From a virus (Duplodnaviria; Caudoviricetes), in the IMG/VR virus record IMGVR_UViG_3300032287_001413, positions 1 through 38,881 of that record: a stretch of DNA of 38,881 nt; one strand, 5' to 3'. Positions within the stretch are counted from its first letter, which is position 1. Each line of letters starts with the position of its first letter. The notes beneath the pieces are model-generated. The model was not told where the DNA came from and did not search any database. It worked only from the letters and a program-made list of their open reading frames with translations. The position numbers and the translations under genes are program-made. This document shows, piece by piece, positions 36,120-38,881 of this stretch.

Positions 36120-36449
36120 TTAGTGGGATTCTTCTTCTTTTCTTTTTTTTGCACGTCTCTCTCGTGCTTTTATGGCTTCTGGTGTAGTTGAAAAAATTGC
36201 AACTACTGGAAGCGGGATAATTCCACGTTCTTTTCTAAGAACTTTTCTTTGTGGAACTGTCGTACCTCCCCAGATACCATCAACTCTATACGCTAGTGCA
36301 TAGTCCAGACATTTTTCTTGATAATGGCAAGATTCACAAATCTTAATTGCAACACGGTTGGCGTATCGCAATGAGCCTTCTGGGAACCATGCTTCGGAAT
36401 CTACTTGTGTGCAGGGCTGTGTACCGTCAAAATCTGGATAAGGATGCAA
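36120..36449 (-). CDS. whiB: WhiB-family Fe-S transcription regulator
   Basis: C...D.EAWFP...ICESC....CLDYAL...GIWGG: four Cys plus the G[IV]WGG turn. Confidence 0.95.
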   Translation of the reverse strand: MHPYPDFDGTQPCTQVDSEAWFPEGSLRYANRVAIKICESCHYQEKCLDYALAYRVDGIWGGTTVPQRKVLRKERGIIPLPVVAIFSTTPEAIKARERRAKKRKEEESH

Positions 36450-36452
36450 AAC

Positions 36453-36782
36453 TTAGTCGTCATCCTCATCAGCCAAGTAATCATCCAACTCAACTTGGGA
36501 TTTTGCCAACAATCCAACATGGTGCCAAGGCGGAGCCTTATCATCAGTAAGAGTTAGCGCGTAGTATTCACCGTTAAGGTCAATCCATTCGCTAACTAAT
36601 ACCCATGCCGTTGGGATTGCTCCCTCTGGAAACATATTGGTCTGTATGTGACCGAGCATTGCGTCAACTGGCGTTTTTTCGTTTTGCGCCCTGATGGTTT
36701 TTCTATCTTCAGATTCCTGCTCGCTCATGGCGAACAGTTTATCTTTTAACAGACACCTTCTTGAGTTTGAGGCATACAACAC
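36453..36782 (-). CDS. Hypothetical protein (start probably 36728)
   Basis: AWVLVSEW...PPWHHVGLL with an acidic tail; in the operon with whiB. Confidence 0.65.
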   Translation of the reverse strand: MLYASNSRRCLLKDKLFAMSEQESEDRKTIRAQNEKTPVDAMLGHIQTNMFPEGAIPTAWVLVSEWIDLNGEYYALTLTDDKAPPWHHVGLLAKSQVELDDYLADEDDD

Positions 36783-36863
36783 ACCCAGAAATTAAAAGAA
36801 TTTTTAGGTCTGATAAGTTTCCGCATAATGGGCATCGAGTAATCCAGCGCTCATCGGATGTCA

Positions 36864-37277
36864 TTAATACCAGCCTTTTTTGTTGGAATGAGCAAGCGCT
36901 CCACAAGGGGTTTGGTAACGCTTACTTATGTACTTTAGCCCCCATCTCACCTGAGTCATGGGATTTGTCTTCCAATCAGCCCCAGCAGATTTCATTTTGG
37001 ACGCTGGTAAGGCTTGAGGAATCCCATAAGCCCCAGAAGACTTATTTTTGGCTTTGTGATTCCAGCCCGATTCTCTATTCCATAGAGTAACTAGACATTT
37101 ATGTTGTTTTTCGCCCCAGCCGTATTTCGATACTTCTTCGCGGGCGTTTGCAATAATTTGTGATTTTGTAATTGGTTTTACCAATACAACTTGTGTCGGC
37201 ATTGGCATTGCTTGTGTAGGAATGGATGTAGTAAATAAAACGATTGTAGTAATCGCTAAGGTTTTTCTGATTGACAT
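36864..37277 (-). CDS. Secreted lytic transglycosylase-like protein
   Basis: Signal-peptide-like N-terminus; CL..LWNRESGWN..A.N.SSGAYGIPQALP...WGLKYI..RY..PC.A...GWY. Confidence 0.88.
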   Translation of the reverse strand: MSIRKTLAITTIVLFTTSIPTQAMPMPTQVVLVKPITKSQIIANAREEVSKYGWGEKQHKCLVTLWNRESGWNHKAKNKSSGAYGIPQALPASKMKSAGADWKTNPMTQVRWGLKYISKRYQTPCGALAHSNKKGWY

Positions 37278-37370
37278 TGGAACCTCGCTTTCACCTTAAT
37301 TTTCTCACGATAAAAAACTTTGTCGGATAATAATTTTTTTAACTGTGAATAACAAACTCAACCTGTTGCG

Positions 37371-37562
37371 TTATTCCTTTATGGGGCAGACGTTATTCGC
37401 TATCCACAGTTTTTTGCGACACGCACAGGTTAAGGAAATGGAATTGTTCCAACTTCGATGCCACCAAGGATTCCCATTGCTAAGAAAAACAGAATTATCT
37501 GCACGACCATTAATAGATTTTCGCCACGCTTTGTAAGTCTCATTGCTACTCCTTATGTCCAC
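37371..37562 (-). CDS. Small hypothetical protein
   Basis: 63 aa, overlapping the upstream gene end in the same orientation. Confidence 0.4.
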   Translation of the reverse strand: MDIRSSNETYKAWRKSINGRADNSVFLSNGNPWWHRSWNNSISLTCACRKKLWIANNVCPIKE

Positions 37563-37932
37563 AGTTGCTACACGCTTTTATTGCCTTTTTATGACCATGT
37601 GCTTGAGTCTCGCGCCCGTAAACGAACTCTGGCAACACATACACCGAGCAACGGTTACGGCGCTCAGAAAGGCGCTCAATGGCTCCCATTTTATGAAGCA
37701 CTGAAAGCAATGCTGTCGAAACTCCATGATGTGAAAAATACTGGTCTAACTCACGCCAAGTCATTCCGTATTTACCGCTACACAACAATTCTGAAAGTAC
37801 AAACTGCTGGCGCTTGATTGTGATTCCAGATTTGTCTAAATCCTCAGCCCGCTCGCGCGAAGTTGCCGAACCTGACCATCCAGATGTTCCCGCATAGGGT
37901 AATACTGGCAAGTCATCAATGCTGGTCTGCAT
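37546..37932 (-). CDS. Hypothetical winged-helix-like protein
   Basis: PYAGTSGWSGS.TS.ERA...GMTWREL...LSVLHK.G.I.RL...R.RCSVYV, C-terminal CSNC; GGGAGG RBS. Confidence 0.7.
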   Translation of the reverse strand: MQTSIDDLPVLPYAGTSGWSGSATSRERAEDLDKSGITIKRQQFVLSELLCSGKYGMTWRELDQYFSHHGVSTALLSVLHKMGAIERLSERRNRCSVYVLPEFVYGRETQAHGHKKAIKACSNCGHKE

Positions 37933-38065
37933 TTTCTTCCTCCCTAATTTGGTCTTGAGCCATTAACAAAAGCCCAAGTGCTTCCTCGGCTGTAATGCCG
38001 TCATCTGCCCAGTTATTAACAACAAATTGAACGTAACTAAATGGCAATGGAATGTGGTCATTCAT
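37916..38065 (-). CDS. 49-aa hypothetical protein
   Basis: Not in the track. GAGGAG RBS; MNDHIPLPFSYVQFVVNNWADDGITAEEALGLLLMAQDQIREEENADQH*; overlaps both neighbours. Confidence 0.55.
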   Translation of the reverse strand: MNDHIPLPFSYVQFVVNNWADDGITAEEALGLLLMAQDQIREEENADQH

Positions 38066-38273
38066 TTATGTTCTCCTCAACGTATTGAACGGCACTTTGC
38101 TTATCTCGAAAGATTCGCGTCTTAGATAGTGGGTGGTCAAACGAAAGTGTTTCATCAATCTTTTCCGCTATCCAAAAGTTTGTCCCGCTTGGATGTCCGT
38201 GGGATTCCACTCTCCATCCATTTTTGTACAGGTAAACCTGCGGTGAAATTATGCTTTTAGTTAGCATTTGCAA
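38058..38273 (-). CDS. Small hypothetical protein
   Basis: Coupled to its neighbours; AAGGAG RBS before ATG 38267. Confidence 0.55.
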   Translation of the reverse strand: MQMLTKSIISPQVYLYKNGWRVESHGHPSGTNFWIAEKIDETLSFDHPLSKTRIFRDKQSAVQYVEENINE

Positions 38274-38568
38274 ACTCCTTACTTTCTATGTTTTCCAATT
38301 CATTAATCCAATCCGTAACATCTTGCGGATTATTTGCGTATTCCTTAAGTGCGTCTCCAATAAGGTCTAGTTCCTTAAACCCAAGTGGTACATCGCTAAT
38401 GTGTTGAACCAGCGCCCCACCTAAGTTTTCTTCACTGTGACCAATCAAGTCCAAGAAGACTTGGTAAGGCGTGCCCTTACGGATGTTGAAATTCAGCGAC
38501 CAATTAACCAGCGCTCGAACTTCTTCGGCTTTATCAGTTTCTTTTTCTAGAAATTCCCAAACATTCAT
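38257..38568 (-). CDS. Hypothetical protein (~103 aa)
   Basis: Start reassigned to MNVWEFLEK at 38568, just after the upstream stop at 38573. Confidence 0.65.
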   Translation of the reverse strand: MNVWEFLEKETDKAEEVRALVNWSLNFNIRKGTPYQVFLDLIGHSEENLGGALVQHISDVPLGFKELDLIGDALKEYANNPQDVTDWINELENIESKEFANAN

Positions 38569-38572
38569 TTGA

Positions 38573-38881
38573 TTAATCCAATCTGCTTGATGCGTAGGCT
38601 TCGATTCCGTTGTTGCGAAGGACTCCAGCAATGGTTCCTGCAAAGACTTCTTTGCGCTGTACCGATTGACCGAACTCACGAACCCAGAAATGCAATCCGC
38701 CACCGTAGGCTTTACTAGCAATTCCCTCGGCTTTAGCCCAGCGACCAAACGCGGTGTTGCCAGCAAATCCGACCCACGCGAATCCGCATACCCCGTCAGC
38801 GACAAAGTAGGTTTTCTTGCTGAAGTCAATGTCGCTACCAAGCGGAGTAGTAGGCGTACCCACAATCATTGGAATGACCTC
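38573..38881 (-). CDS. Phage hypothetical protein, 3' part (starts outside the window)
   Basis: Frame is open to the window edge; CGFAWV...QS..RKE...GI.AY..SRLD pattern recognisable from phage hypothetical proteins. Confidence 0.7.
   Translation of the reverse strand, partial: EVIPMIVGTPTTPLGSDIDFSKKTYFVADGVCGFAWVGFAGNTAFGRWAKAEGIASKAYGGGLHFWVREFGQSVQRKEVFAGTIAGVLRNNGIEAYASSRLD

Larger units (their letters stand above)
1..38881 (-). mobile_element. Tailed bacteriophage genome segment (siphovirus-like, probably actinobacterial host)
   Basis: Colinear portal-MuF-protease-scaffold-capsid-connector-tail tube-chaperone-tape measure-fibre gene order, all on the minus strand with overlapping or abutting stop/start codons. 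WhiB and SSB genes present. No host housekeeping genes, integrase or att site seen. Confidence 0.96.

Noticed and set aside
54-37817. Plus-strand ORFs in the track (e.g. 10623-11129, 14263-14685, 18723-19163, 25158-25550)
   Set aside because: They are antisense shadows of well-supported minus-strand genes and have no recognisable motifs.
38569-38865. N-terminal extension of the 202-aa ORF 38257-38865
   Set aside because: It overlaps the better-supported gene ending at 38573 in another frame; the true start is more likely 38568.

Overview
The window is a contiguous piece of a tailed (siphovirus-like) phage genome with every credible gene on the minus strand. The WhiB-family regulator, actinobacterial-type SSB and lytic transglycosylase suggest an actinobacterial host. 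In transcription order (right to left) it holds small early genes, a C5-cytosine DNA methyltransferase coupled to a CmoA-like carboxy-SAM synthase, portal, MuF minor head protein, a ~10 kb accessory array, XkdF-like prohead protease, scaffold, decoration and major capsid proteins, head-tail connectors, a small inserted cassette, two paralogous tail-tube genes, chaperones, tape measure and minor tail/fibre genes. The main finding is the array between MuF and the protease (20272-30461). Nine consecutive large ORFs carry 13 copies of one His-rich peptide tag (K-H-x-x-G-x-H-D-Q-x-x-H-G-x-W), each followed by an effector-like module: several ADP-ribosyltransferase folds, two GNATs, two zincin proteases, ParB/Srx-like, zeta-like kinase and DUF3626-like. 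I infer a modular system of capsid-packaged, protease-processed effectors. The second finding is that the methyltransferase has Arg in place of the conserved motif X Asn and overlaps the CmoA-like gene, which predicts 5-carboxymethylcytosine DNA. Family assignments come from motif recognition by eye; no database searches were run.
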